A stretch of DNA of 64,000 nucleotides from Macrostomum hystrix (lineage: Eukaryota > Animalia > Platyhelminthes): positions 2,294,001 through 2,358,000 of the forward strand of contig CATNEN010000005.1 of the NCBI GenBank assembly GCA_950097015.1. Reading direction: 5' to 3'. Of the stretch, positions 36,461 through 50,084 are shown in pieces. The notes beneath the pieces are model-generated. The model saw only the letters and a list, made by a program, of their open reading frames with translations. It searched no databases and was not told the DNA's origin. A program made the position numbers and the translations under genes. How positions within the stretch are numbered: position 1 is the first letter of the stretch; every line of letters begins with the position of its first letter.

Positions 36461-37784
36461 AGTTTTAGATGCTGCTATTCACTAGACACACAGTGGCAGC
36501 CCTATTCAAAGGAGTTGAGGTTGGCAGTGCGACAAGATAAGATAAGATGGGGTGCGCGACACCCTCTGGGGCGAGCGAGAGGGGGTAAGAGCGATAGGGG
36601 TTTCGCTCTTGGGGAGTTGAGAGATGAACCAATCAGAAGACGTTAAGGGGAGAGAGAAATTAAAGACTGAGCTAGGGAGGAAGTTACTCGTAAACATACG
36701 AAGAGACTTTACAAACTACTTAGCAAAAAATAAAAGTAGCAAGATAAGTGTTCTAGCTTGAAATATATACATTTTGAAAGCAGATCACTCGGGTCATTTA
36801 TTTTATTCCTGTCTATAATTTTTAGAAATAGCAACGCTAAGTCCAATGCATTCTTATTTGTGGGCCGCCGCCACGCGCACAATGAAAGAATGGAATCAGA
36901 AAAAGCACTTCAGTTAATTAAAGCTAGTCTTCTAAACGGGGAAAAACCAAATCCAGATTTTGGGAGATCTGTGCTTGGTCTTCAATATTTTTTTTCGTTA
37001 ATAAAGCAAAATAAGTCCATAAAGCCACTTTGATGGATTGGGTCGACAATAGAGTCTGCTGGGCTGTTTTCTGGCTGAAGTCACTTCCGGAAACTTGGAG
37101 ACTATAGAATCCAAGTTCACCCCTTTGTTTACGCGTGTTCGTTTCTGTAATTATTCGTTTCTGTAATTATTCGTTTCTGTAATTATTCGTTTCTGATTTC
37201 TGAGGAGTTGATAGATGATGATCACTATGTTTTTGCGGCCAATTTGTGGCAGAAAAATGGATTTCACAAATTAATTTCACCAGAATAAACTAAGTGCATA
37301 TATATCATACGAAGCATTGTACTAATTCTTCGGCTGAAATCACATTTGCAATGTGTTATTTGCGCAGACAATTTTTTTAACATGCACTTCATTGTTGTTG
37401 CGAGAAATCTCTGAGATTAGAACCAGACATTAGGGACTTTTTGAGGGGATAATTTATTAAATGCGCATTGCGTCTATCTATAAATTCCCACCGGTTGAAT
37501 AAATTTGATTAGTCTAAAATTTGTCGGCGAGTTATTTGTTTTAATTAAATAAAAAAACTACGACAGGACTTTCAGCAAAAACAATACGAATTGAACATAA
37601 AAAATTGATGGCAACAAAGGGGTTGTTTAAAACAAATCGACTATAAAATCGATATTTACGTAGAAGGAATAAAATTAAATGTCAATTTTCGCCGCAGTAA
37701 ACAACTTGTCTTTCTAAATTAGTGTTTTTATCTGACAATGCAACATCACAAGACAAAAGGCAATAGATTTAGTCTACAGTCTGA

Positions 37785-38355
37785 ATAATCTCATGTGAGA
37801 GATTCTGCCTTGAATCTCAATAATCTCAGGTGAGATAATCTGCCTGAAATCTCAATAATCTCAGGTGAGATAATCTATCTGGAATCTCAATAATCTCAGG
37901 TGAGATAATCTATCTGGAATCTCAATAATCTCAGGTGAGATAATCTATCTGGAATCTCAATAATCTGAGGTGAGATAATCTGTCTGGAATCTCAATAATC
38001 TCAGGTGAGATAATCTATCTGGAATCTCAATAATCTCAGGTGAGATAATCTATCTGGAATCTCAATAATCTCAGGTGATATAATCTATCTGGAATCTCAA
38101 TAATCTCAGGTGATATAATCTATCTGGAATCTCAATAATCTCAGGTGAGATAATCTGTCTGGAATCTCAATAATCTCAGGTGAGATAATCTGTCTGGCAT
38201 CTCAATAATCTCAGGTGAGATAATCTGTCTGGCATCTGAATAATCTCAGGTGTGATAATCTATCTGGAATCTCAATAATCTCAGGTGAGATAATCTGTCT
38301 GGAATCTGAATAATCTCATGTGTGATAATCTGTCTGGAATCTCAATAATATAATC
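37785..38355. repeat. 35-bp minisatellite (ATAATCTCAGGTGAGATAATCTATCTGGAATCTCA)
   Basis: About 16 copies; internal dyad TCTCA-GG-TGAGA. Confidence 0.93.
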
Positions 38356-38939
38356 TTAAGGTGAGAAATTGTTATATTCCAAGGTTCATGAAACTTAGAA
38401 ACTATATTTAGGACTATATTTTAGGATTCAGACTGTGTTAAGAAACAAAAATGCTGATTTTCCACCGCTTCGATAAAATGATGCCTAGTTGAGGGAGGCA
38501 ATCACCTGTCACATTTAAATTTATGGCTTCGCCTCCGCGGACAGGTGTGACAGGCTAAGGCCGTTTTAGCTTCACTTTCGAGGCTTCAGATTAGATTAGA
38601 TTTTGGTCATCAGATGGATTAAGAGCTGTTACTGTGGAATCCAACTCAAGCTTGTCTACTCGATAATCGCTAATTGATACCGAAATACTTTGTCCGGCTC
38701 GGGGCCAATTAACTAGACTGTAAAAAGTTAAGGTTGAAGAGCTGAAAGAATATTAGACAAGGACATTTAACGAATTTAATCAGTGAAAATTTATTTTGAA
38801 CGAGGTGTCAAAGAGTGTAAGCATGGAAACCCTTTAATTGGACGTCTGAAAATAGGTATTTACTTCGTTATTTGAGAAATTTTTACTTAAATGGACTCAA
38901 TAAACTAATATAAACGTAAATTTTATAAACGATTTCCCT

Positions 38940-40790
38940 AAAGGTACCTGAAGTAACTGAATGGATCCCTGACGTATCTGAACGGATGTCTGAGGGGAAC
39001 TGAACGGATCCTAAAGGAAATTAACGGATCCCTGAAGGTACTGAACGGATCCCTGAAGGAACTAAATATATCCCTGAAGGAACAAAATATATCCCTGAAG
39101 GAGCTGAACGGATCCCTGAAGGAACTAAATATATCCCTGAAGGAACAAAATATATCCCTGAAGGAGCTGAACGGATCCCTGAAGGAACTAAATATATCCC
39201 TGAAGGAACAAAATATATCCATGAAGGAATTGGACGGATCCCTGAATGAATCCCTGAAGGAACTGAACGGATCCCTGAAGGAACTAAATATATCCCTGAA
39301 GGAACTGAACGTATCCCTGAAGGAACTAAATATATCCCTGAAGGAACTAAATATATCCATGAAGGAACTGAACGGATCCCTGAAGGAATCGTGAAGGAAC
39401 TGAACGGATCCCTGAAGGAATCGTGAAGGAACTGAACGGATCCCTGAAGTAGTCTCTGAAGGAACTGAACGGATCCCTGAAGGAACTAAATATATTCCTG
39501 AAGTAACTGAACGGATCCCTGAAAGAATCGTGAAGTAACTGAACGGATCCCTGAAAGAATCGTGAAGGAACTGAACGGATCCCTGAAGGAATCGTGAAGG
39601 AACTGAACGGATCCCTGAAGGAATCGTGAAGGAACTGAACGGATCCCTGAAAGAATCGTGAAGGAACTGAACGGATCCCTGAAAGAATCGTGAAGTAACT
39701 GAACGGATCCCTGAAAGAATCGTGAAGGAACTGAACGGATCCCTGAAAGAATCGTGAAGGAACTGAACGGATCCCTGAAAGAATCGTGAAGGAACTGAAC
39801 GGATCCCTGAAAGAATCGTGAAGGAACTGAACGGATCCCTGAAGGAATCGTGAAGGAACTGAACGGATCCCTGAAAGAATCCTGAAGGAACTGAACGGAT
39901 CCCTGAAAGAATCGTGAAGGAACTGAACGGATCCCTGAAAGAATCGTGAAGGAACTGAACGGATCCCTGAAGGAATCGTGAAGGAACTGAACGGATCCCT
40001 GAAGGAATCGTGAAGGAACTGAACGGATCCCTGAAAGAATCGTGAAGGAACTGAACGGATCCCTGAAAGAATCGTGAAGTAACTGAACGGATCCCTGAAA
40101 GAATCGTGAAGGAACTGAACGGATCCCTGAAAGAATCGTGAAGGAACTGAACGGATCCCTGAAAGAATCGTGAAGGAACTGAACGGATCCCTGAAAGAAT
40201 CGTGAAGGAACTGAACGGATCCCTGAAGGAATCCTGAAGGAACTGAACGGATCCCTGAAGGAATCGTGAAGGAACTGAACGGATCCCTGAAAGAATCGTG
40301 AAGGAACTGAACGGATCCCTGAAGGAATCGTGAAGGAACTGAACGGATCCCTGAAAGAATCGTGAAGGAACTGAACGGATCCCTGAAGGAATCGTGAAGT
40401 AACTGAACGGATCCCTGAAGGAATCGTGAAGGAACTGAACGGATCCCTGAAGGAATCGTGAAGGAACTGAACGGATCCCTGAAGGAATCGTGAAGTAACT
40501 GAACGGATCCCTGAAAGAATCGTGAAGGAACTGAACGGATCCCTGAAAGAATCGTGAAGTAACTGAACGGATCCCTGAAAGAATCGTGAAGGAACTGAAC
40601 GGATCCCTGAAAGAATCGTGAAGGAACTGAACGGATCCCTGAAGGAATCGTGAAGGAACTGAACGGATCCCTGAAGGAATCCTGAAGGAACTGAACGAAC
40701 AGATCCCTGAAGTAGTCTCTGAAGGAACTGAACGAACAGATCCCTGAAGGAGTCTCTGAAGGAACTGAGCGGATCCCTGAAGTGCCTAAA
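38940..40790. repeat. Compound array: 21-bp unit (GAAGGAACTGAACGGATCCCT) changing to a 32-bp unit (+GAAAGAATCGT)
   Basis: 7-aa periodic ORF on the left, 32-aa periodic ORF on the right; BamHI GGATCC in most units. Confidence 0.95.
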
Positions 40791-41759
40791 TGAAAATGTT
40801 GAGAGCGAACCAAGTCAATAGAAATATAAACTGAAGCATGGTAACTTTGCCAGCAAAACTATCTGCACTACAGTGCGAATCGTTGAAGCAGATTGTTATT
40901 GGCAAGTGTAGGTAAAAATATAATTTTAGCTTGCGCAGATATCTAATAAAGCTTGCTACGTACTCGTATGTAAAAGTTAGTATCAATTCACACAAAAGTC
41001 AGATCTCTGATAGACAATACAATTAGCGTCGGTGGCTAAAAAGCTAGCTTGGCAACAAAATGCAGATCAGTCTAATCCTTAGTCCAGACTCATTATCCAT
41101 ATGTACGCGTTCCAGTGTTGTGTAATACATAATATATTCTCGCATCCACTGTTCTAGATGTTCAGCAAAACTGAATTTTCTTCTATAACAGGAGTGGAGT
41201 GTTTCAAGCAAGCCCATCAACAAATGATGATTGCGCCTGCCTAACACAGCTGGCAACCGGCCCAAATTAATCCGCACCTGCTTCTGCTGCTGTTGTTGCT
41301 GCCAATTTAAACAAAAATTCTTCATAATTCTGCCTGGTACAATACCTCTCCATATTCCATATTTCTTTATTTAGGTTTTGACCTATTCTGGCGAATAAAA
41401 AAACAAATACTTCACATTCACTTATCTTTATCATCTGCTTCTGTACAGTTTGTGTTGGTCGGCTTTGTATGCTATTGGCTAAGAATTTCTGCTTTAGGCT
41501 TTTTAGTAGAAATATCCTCTTGTAGGTAAAAATATGCAACTAGAAATGAAGTTCAATGTCTTACCGGGGTTCCACAACTGCTAAGACAGAGTGACGATGC
41601 AACAACACACTGTTATTAGCGCACTACAATACTGCTTAGGCAGACAGTATGAAATTCTATGGGAAATCATCAATGGCATTTTTTGTGGTGTACACATTTC
41701 AGAGGTGCTTTTTCAGAGGTGCAGAGGTGCAGACAGGTATGGACTGTGTATGGACTATG

Positions 41760-42480
41760 CATATATTAGATGTACAGACAAGGAGATTAGATGCACAGAC
41801 AATTATAGAATAGATGTACGACAACTAGATTAGATGTACAGACAAGGAGATTAGATGTACAGACAAGTAGATTAGATGTACAGACAAGGAGATTAGATGT
41901 ACAGACAAGGAGATTAGATGTACAGACAAGGATATTAGATGCACAGACAAGGAGATTAGATGTACAGACAAGGAGATTAGATGTACAGACAAGTAGATTA
42001 GATGTACAGACAAGTAGATTAGATGTATAGACAAGTAGATTAAATGTACAGACAAGTAGATTAGATGTACAGAAAAGTAGATTAGATGTACAGACAAGTA
42101 GATTAGATGTACAGACAAGGGGATTAGATGTACAGACAAGTAGATTAGATGTACAGACAAGTAGATTAGATGTACAGACAAGGAGATTAGATGTACAGAC
42201 AAGTAGATTAGATGTACAGACAAGTAGATTAGATGTACAGACAAGTAGAATAGATGTATAGACAAGTAGATTAGATGTACAGACAAGTAGATTAGATGTA
42301 CAGACAAGTAGAATAGATGTATAGACAAGTAGATTAGATATACAGACAAGTAGATTAGGCGTACAGACTTATAGATTAGATGTACGACAAGTAGATAAGA
42401 AGTACAGACAATTGTAGACTAGACGTACAGAAAATTAGAGCTTACACGTACAGACAAGTAGATTAGATCTACAATTGTAC
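41760..42480. repeat. 21-bp minisatellite (GTACAGACAAGTAGATTAGAT)
   Basis: About 30 copies with degenerate ends. Confidence 0.95.
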
Positions 42481-42811
42481 AGACGATAACAAGTAGACCA
42501 GTAGATTTGACGCACAGTTTAAGAAGTCTAAAAGCTCTACATAATTGTTTTCTGCCATTTTGTCCAAAAAGAAGATAACCTTGTGTTTTGACTTCTTTGG
42601 CTTCTTTGACGCAGAGAGGATGAACAAAGTTTTGTTTGTGTACTTTAGGATAATAGTTTATTTAGTACCTGATGCCACGGCTTGATTAAGTGATGTTATA
42701 GATTTTGAAGGCTGTCTTGCCTAATCAGCCTTACGTCGGCAGTATGGGTCTGTCAGCTAAAATTGTTTGTTTAAACAAACCAGTAGGCCTTCTTTTACTT
42801 AGTGCGTCATA

Positions 42812-43472
42812 GAATCCTCAGATCCGTCAGTGCATCAGTCAGTGAATCCTCAGATCCGTCAGTGCATCAGTCAGTCAGTGAGTCCTCAGATCCGTCAGTG
42901 CATCAGTCAGTGAGTCCTCAGATCCGTCAGTGCATCAGTCAGTGAATCCTCAGATCCGTCAGTGCATCAGTCAGTGAATCCCCAGATCCGTCAGTGCATC
43001 AGTCAGTCAGTGAATCCTCAGATCCGTCAGTGCATCAGTCAGTGAATCCCCAGATTCGTCAGTGCATCAGTCAGTGAATCCTCAGATCCGTCAGTGCATC
43101 AGTCAGTGAATCCCCAGATTCGTCAGTGCATCAGTCAGTGAATCCTCAGATCCGTCAGTGCATCAGTCAGTCAGTGAATCCTCAGATCCGTCAGTGCATC
43201 AGTCAGTCAGTGAATCCTCGGATCCGTCAGTGCATCAGTCAGTCAGTGAATCCTCGGATCCGTCAGTGCATCAGTCAGTCAGTGAATCCTCAGATCCGTC
43301 AGTGCATCAGTCAGTGAATCCTCAGATCCGTCAGTGCATCAGTCAGTCAGTGAGTCCTCAGATCCGTCAGTGCATCAGTCAGTGAATCCTCAGATCCGTC
43401 AGTGCATCAGTCAGTGAATCCTCAGATCCGTCAGTGCATCAGTCAGTGAATCCTCAGATCCGTCAGTGCACC
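42812..43472. repeat. 32/36-bp minisatellite (CAGTGAATCCTCAGATCCGTCAGTGCATCAGT +/- CAGT)
   Basis: About 20 copies, length variation by one CAGT. Confidence 0.95.
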
Positions 43473-43934
43473 AGCTAAACAAAAAATTATCGTCCCCTAA
43501 AGTCTGAACAATTTTTTTTACAGTTATTCCGCATCATTGTGTTTCATGAAGTTTGCTTGTATAATTGCGAAATAAAAAATTCCCTTTATCCCTTTTTGAT
43601 TCTGTGTTTCCTCATTCCCTAATTTTTGCCGCTGTCTTTGATATCGATGGTTGATAGTGCCGAATAAGTTATCGAGGGGCCAACCCGCCCACAAGAAAGC
43701 AAGGATTTTAACTGCATGGTTGCTGGCCTTCATTTAGTCCACAAAAATTCTATTTTTACGGTCTATCAGAAGATGAACAAAACCGTCCAAATAGAGCTAG
43801 ATCAAGGTAGAGGTCTGGAATGCATAGATTACTATTGGATAACTCTAAATAGTTAGCTATAGCAGGGCCAGTAAACTTATAATCTCGCTTGAAAATTACA
43901 AAATAAATTTAATAGACGATTGTAGGACAATGAT

Positions 43935-44610
43935 TGACCAGTGAGAGATTAGACAGGGGAGAGATGAGACAGGGGAGAGATGTGACAGGGAGAGATGAGA
44001 CGGAGAGATGAGACACGGGAGAGATGAGACACGGGAGAGATGAGACACGGGAGAGATTAGACAGGGGAGAGATGTGACATCAAGAGATGAGACACGGGAG
44101 AGATGAGACACGGGAGAGATGAGACACGGGAGAGATGAGACACGGGAGAGATGAGACACGGGAGAGATGAGACACGGGAGAGATTAGACAGGGGAGAGAT
44201 GTGACATTAAGAGATGAGACACGGGAGAGATGAGACACGGGAGAGATTAGACACGGGAGAGATGAGACACGGGAGAGATGAGACACGGGAGAGATTAGAC
44301 AGGGGAGAGATGTGACATCAAGAGATGAGACACGGGAGAGATGAGTCACGGGAGAGATGAGATAGGGGAGAGATGAGACAGGGGAGAGATGAGACAGGGG
44401 AGAGATTTGACAGGGAGAGATGAGACAGGGGAGAGATGAGACACCAGAGGAAGACCAGCGGGAGATGAGATAAGGGAGAGATTAGACAGGGGAGAGATGT
44501 GACATCAAGAGATGAGACACGGGAGAGATGAGACAGGGGAGAGATGAGACAGTGGAAGGATCACCAGCGAGAGATGAGATAAGGGAGACATTAGACACGG
44601 GAGAGATCAG
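43935..44610. repeat. 16-bp purine-rich minisatellite (GAGATGAGACACGGGA), locus 1
   Basis: Tandem copies, interrupted by recurring GTGACAT(C/T)AAGAGATG units. Confidence 0.92.
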
Positions 44611-45711
44611 ACAAGAACCAAGTGTTGGAATGGGCCTGGTTCAGTAGCTTCGCGTGTCTCTTGGTTAACAGTCCATAGTAACTGCCCAGCAACCCCAGCA
44701 ATGTTAAAGAGGCCTTTAGTTCGGCCCCTGGCAGCCCAAAAATCGAGCCACCAATAATAACCCAGTTTTTTTTCCGAGCAGTTTTCTTACCCGCCAAGCA
44801 GGCCGCACACTTAACCGCTGCCCGTGAAGACACAGGCCCTGTTGGCTTGTCTTATTTCCTCGCCATCAAGATACCGTGGAGGCTGGGGCCTGCTATACAG
44901 CATGGTTGGGCGAGTGCAGCTGAGTGTTCAAACTTAGCCAATACTTTCACCCTATCATCTTCACTCCAGCCGACTTTATCCGACAAAAAGATCACGACTG
45001 GCTCCGTGGCGCGCCAGTGGCATTGAATAAATTGCAATTCTATAATGTATAGGCCCGCCCAGACCACACACAATAATATCAGCGTGGACACACAGCGGAG
45101 AAAAGCAGGGTTAGAGGGGGACACTACTGGTGGACTGAACTGTCATGCTACGATGGCTCATCCTGTTTGATAAGATTCGAATTTGTCGTCCCATTCTGGT
45201 CAGTGTGCTAGCAATATATTCGCTGCAGGCCAAAAACTGGTGGTTTTGCGATAGACTTCGGGGCGTGAGGTGGTTGTTGGTGCAAGATCGGGGACTGCTC
45301 GCGGATTAGGGGAATCGGGAAATGGCCGAGGGCCTGCTTGCAGAAACACGCCGCTATCTCAACTGGTCTAGGGGCCATTACAAGAGTGGGCGTTGTATAG
45401 TCACAATTCGGCGCTGGGCCTTTAGCGGCAGGCCCCCTTAATTTTGGCCCCTGCCTCCTGGCCCTCTCCCTTCGCCTCTCTCTCTGGCTCGCATCTCTGA
45501 GGGTGCTCATTTATTTAACGTCAAAATTGGCTTTGGCCCCACCCCTTCCATCCTCAAAGCAAGCCGTCTCTAGCACATGCGCAGGCTTCTTCTACCAAGG
45601 CTGCGCCGGTCCACTTCGTGTGGCACTCGAACCAACGCTAGAACACACACACAACCAGACACTCTTTCCCTAAACATTTTTCTTTGTTAATAACAGAAAA
45701 AAGATTGGCCA

Positions 45712-47460
45712 TACCAGATACCTCACAGACCAGATGCCTCACAAACCAGATACCTAACAAACCAGATGCCTCACAAACCAGATACCTCACAAACCAGATA
45801 CCTCACAGACCAGATACCTCACAAACCAGATGCCTCACAAACCAGATACCTCACAAACCAGATACCTCACAAACCAGATATCACACAAACCAGATACCTC
45901 ACAAACCAGATGCCTCACAAACCAGATACCTCACAAACCAGATACCTCACAAACCAGATACCTCACAGACCAGATACCTCACAAACCAGATGCCTCACAA
46001 ACCAGATACCTCACAAACCAGATACCTCACAAACCAGATATCACACAAACCAGATACCTCACAAACCAGATGCCTCACAAACCAGATACCTCACAAACCA
46101 GATACCTCACAAACCAGATACCTCACAGACCAGATACCTCACAAACCAGATGCCTCACAAACCAGATACCTCACAAACCAGATACCTCACAAACCAGATA
46201 TCACACAAACCAGATACCTCACAAACCAGATGCCTCACAAACCAGATACCTCACAAACCAGATATCACACAAACCAGATACCTCACAAACCAGATGCCTC
46301 ACAAACCAGATACCTCACAAACCAGATACCTCACAGACCAGATGCCTCACAAACCAGATACCTAACAAACCAGATGCCTCACAAACCAGATACCTCACAA
46401 ACCAGATACCTCACAGACCAGATACCTCACAAACCAGATGCCTCACAAACCAGATACCTCACAAACCAGATACCTCACAAACCAGATATCACACAAACCA
46501 GATACCTCACAAACCAGATGCCTCACAAACCAGATACCTCACAAACCAGATATCACACAAACCAGATACCTCACAAACCAGATGCCTCACAAACCAGATA
46601 CCTCACAAACCAGATACCTCACAAACCAGATACCTCACAGACCAGATACCTCACAAACCAGATGCCTCACAAACCAGATACCTCACAAACCAGATACCTC
46701 ACAAACCAGATATCACACAAACCAGATACCTCACAAACCAGATGCCTCACAAACCAGATACCTCACAAACCAGATTCCTCACAAACCAGATACCTCACAA
46801 ACCAGATACCTCACAAACCAGATGCCTCACAAACCAGATATCACACAAACCAGATACCTCACAAACCAGATGCCTCACAAACCAGATGCCTCACAAACCA
46901 GATTCCTCACAAACCAGATGCCTCACAAACCAGATACCTAACAAACCAGATGCCTCACAAACCAGATAGGGCACAAACCAGATTCCTCACAGACCAGATA
47001 CCTCACAAACCAGATATCACACAAACCAGATACCTCACAAACCAGATGCCTCACAAACCAGATACCTCACAAACCAGATTCCTCACAAACCAGATACCTC
47101 ACAAACCAGATACCTCACAGACCAGATACCTCACAAACCAGATACCTCACAAACCAGATTCCTCACAGACCAGATACCTCACAAACCAGATACCTCACAA
47201 ACCAGATACCTCACAAACCAGATGCCTCACAAACCAGATGCCTCACAAACCAGATACCTCACAAACCAGATGCCTCACAAACCAGATACATCACAAACCA
47301 GATACCTCACAAACCAGATACCTCACAAACCAGATGCCTCACAAACCAGATGCCTCACAAACCAGATGCTTCACAAACCAGATACCTCACAAACCAGATG
47401 CCTCACAAACCAGATGCCTCACAAACCAGATGCTTCACAAACCAGATACCTCACAAAAAA
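45712..47460. repeat. 16-bp minisatellite (CCTCACAAACCAGATA), about 108 copies
   Basis: Homogeneous array; source of the 602-aa and other artefact ORFs. Confidence 0.97.
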
Positions 47461-48338
47461 CCAAATCAGTTAAGATCTTCACTGCTAATTAAATACTATA
47501 GACGCATTCATTGATGCTGAAAATTGACAGCATAAAAACGAATAGTGTTGAGACCTAATCAGAAGGGAAATTCAGGGTTCAATGACACAATATGGCACAG
47601 GCACAGCCTTTCCTCTATAAATCTGTGTGCAACTGACGCTATGGAGAGCTATTAAGTACATCATTTGCATCAGGGGGACTTTTTAGGTAACTTAAGAAAC
47701 CATAGTTTCCGGTTAACAAAGCTTTTCAAAAGTCTCAACTTCTCAGACACTCTCTCGCACCTGCTTCTCTCTCACTGAATTTTAAAGTCAACCCTACTGT
47801 GAGATTGCTATTTTATTCAAGTGCAACTGTGCCTTCACTAGTGAGACACCTTTGAGAAGGCCAATAAAAACTGTACAATCCCAACCAAATATCCCAGCGT
47901 AAGACTACGGTTAATCATAATGGGTGGCTTATGCCTCGTAAATGTGTCCGAACAGGATACTGTAAGCTTGACATTTATGATTTTCATATTATCTATAATT
48001 TTATGAATTAATTAGCCAGACACAAATACTTTGATCCACAGAATCTAACAATGTCACAGATCGGAAACTGTAGATAGCCTAGTAAATTAATGGAATTAAT
48101 TGTGGCACACTTACAAGGGGACAAAATCAGAATGATTTGTTGGCCATGCTCAATAAATTCAGATGAGAAGACTGTGACTCCTATTTGATCATCCAGCAGT
48201 GGCTGACTTCGACACCGCTGAAAAATTATGTGTTTAAAATATGTTCTAGGATAATTGTTTTTGAGTTAGAAATAATTACTACTTAGATTACTGTAGTTCT
48301 AGCAGTGCCTTTAATAGTAGTAGACTCTTATCTCATGT

Positions 48339-48850
48339 GCGCAGTGGCTGAATGAAGAATGGGGTGGTTGTGAATTAGGGTGACCCACTGTGGGCGCAGT
48401 GGCTGAATGGAGAATAGAGTGGTTGTGAGTTAGGGTGACCCACTGTGGGCGCAGTGGCTGAATGGAGAATTGGGTGGTTGTTAATTGGGGTTACCCACCA
48501 CGTGCGCAGTGGCTGAACGGAGGATGGGGTGGATGCGTTTTGGGGTAACCCGCTGTGTGCGCAAGGGGGCTGAACGGAGGATGGGGTGGATGCGTTTTGG
48601 GGTAACCCGCTGTGTGTGCAAGGGGGCTGAACGGAGGATGGGGTGGATGCGTTTTGGGGTAACCCGCTGTGTGCGCAAGGGGGCTGAACGGAGGATGGGG
48701 TGGATGCGTTTTGGGGTAACCCGCTGTGTGCGCAAGGGGGCTGAACGGAGGATGGGGTGGATGCGTTTTGGGGTAACCCGCTGTGTGCGCAAGGGGGCTG
48801 AACGGAGGATGGGGTGGATGCTTTTTGGGGTAACCCGCTGTGTGCGCACG
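48339..48850. repeat. G-rich 55-bp (x4) to 57-bp (x5) tandem repeat
   Basis: Unit starts at 48339, 48394, 48449, 48504, 48559, 48616 etc.; later unit GCGCAAGGGGGCTGAACGGAGGATGGGGTGGATGCGTTTTGGGGTAACCCGCTGTGT. Confidence 0.92.
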
Positions 48851-49807
48851 GGACTTTTTTTTACTATTTTGTATTAAGTAAGAAGATACTATTGAGAAGA
48901 TGGTCAGGAAAGTTCGGTCAGCGCAGCCACCCCGCACCTTTCCTCATAAATGTTGTCAAGCAGAGCATTTTTACCCCCCTAGTATCTCTTCTCTATTAGA
49001 ATGTTCAGGCCGTTCACCAATTACAACTCAGTCTCTCTCCTAGGCCTCTCATCTCATCTAATCTCTCGCATCTCTCTCTCCGCTCGTCTTTTTCTTCCTC
49101 ATCCGGTCCAGTCGCCTCATCAGCCGACCAGTCTCCCATTCTCCCCTTTAGTCCTCTGTCCAAGAGTCGACGTGTTTTGATGGAATTAGGTGGCCGAGGT
49201 TCCTCGTTAGGAGGAGCGCAGAAGGGGATGACGATTGAAAGCCAGCGACTCGGCTTTCTGAGCAGCGGAAAGTGCGCGCCCTCCCTACACAAGCCTCCAT
49301 TTTCCCCTTGCTTGCTCTCCAGGGGGTGCCTATTTTTTTCGAGGTGGTTTTGGGAGTGGAAAAATCGCATTAATATGCACTCAAAGCTGTAGCATCAGCA
49401 TCAGCAGCAACATCAGCATCAGCAGCAACAGCAGCAGCGGTAGCGCCGGTGGCAGCGGTGGCAACTCGTCCATCCAATTCTATCTGCACTATCTGTCTAT
49501 CTTTAGCTGCACTAGTAGTTCTCACTCACTACATGACCGATAATTTAGTCAATTTGTCGCCACGCGGGCCATTGCATGGGCCTCCGAGGCACCAACAACA
49601 AGCTTAAGTTGTTGCATGTGTGAAGGAAAAATTGTTTAACAAATATATTTATGTCGGAGGGGCAGGAATAATGAGGCCGTATTTTCTGATATTCCGTCTC
49701 TAATTCCCGCTGGCCATTAGTGGTCTCGAGGTCAATACATTAATAATCTGATGGTAGCATATACTATTTCATTATTTATTGTTTTATTTTGAGTCTGGCT
49801 CTTGTGC

Positions 49808-50084
49808 TCACTTACTCACTCACTCACTCACTCACTCACTCACTCACTCACTCACTCACTCACTCACTCACTCACTCACTCACTCACTCACTCACTCACT
49901 CACTCACTCACTCACTCACTCACTCACTCACTCACTCACTCACTCACTCACTCACTAACTCACTCACTCACTCAGTCACTCACTCAGTCACTCACTCACT
50001 CACTCACTCACTCACTCACTCACTCACTCACGCACTCACTCACTCACTCACTCACTCACTCACTCACTCACTCACTCACTCACT
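49808..50084. repeat. (CACT)n tetranucleotide microsatellite
   Basis: About 68 units, few interruptions. Confidence 0.99.
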
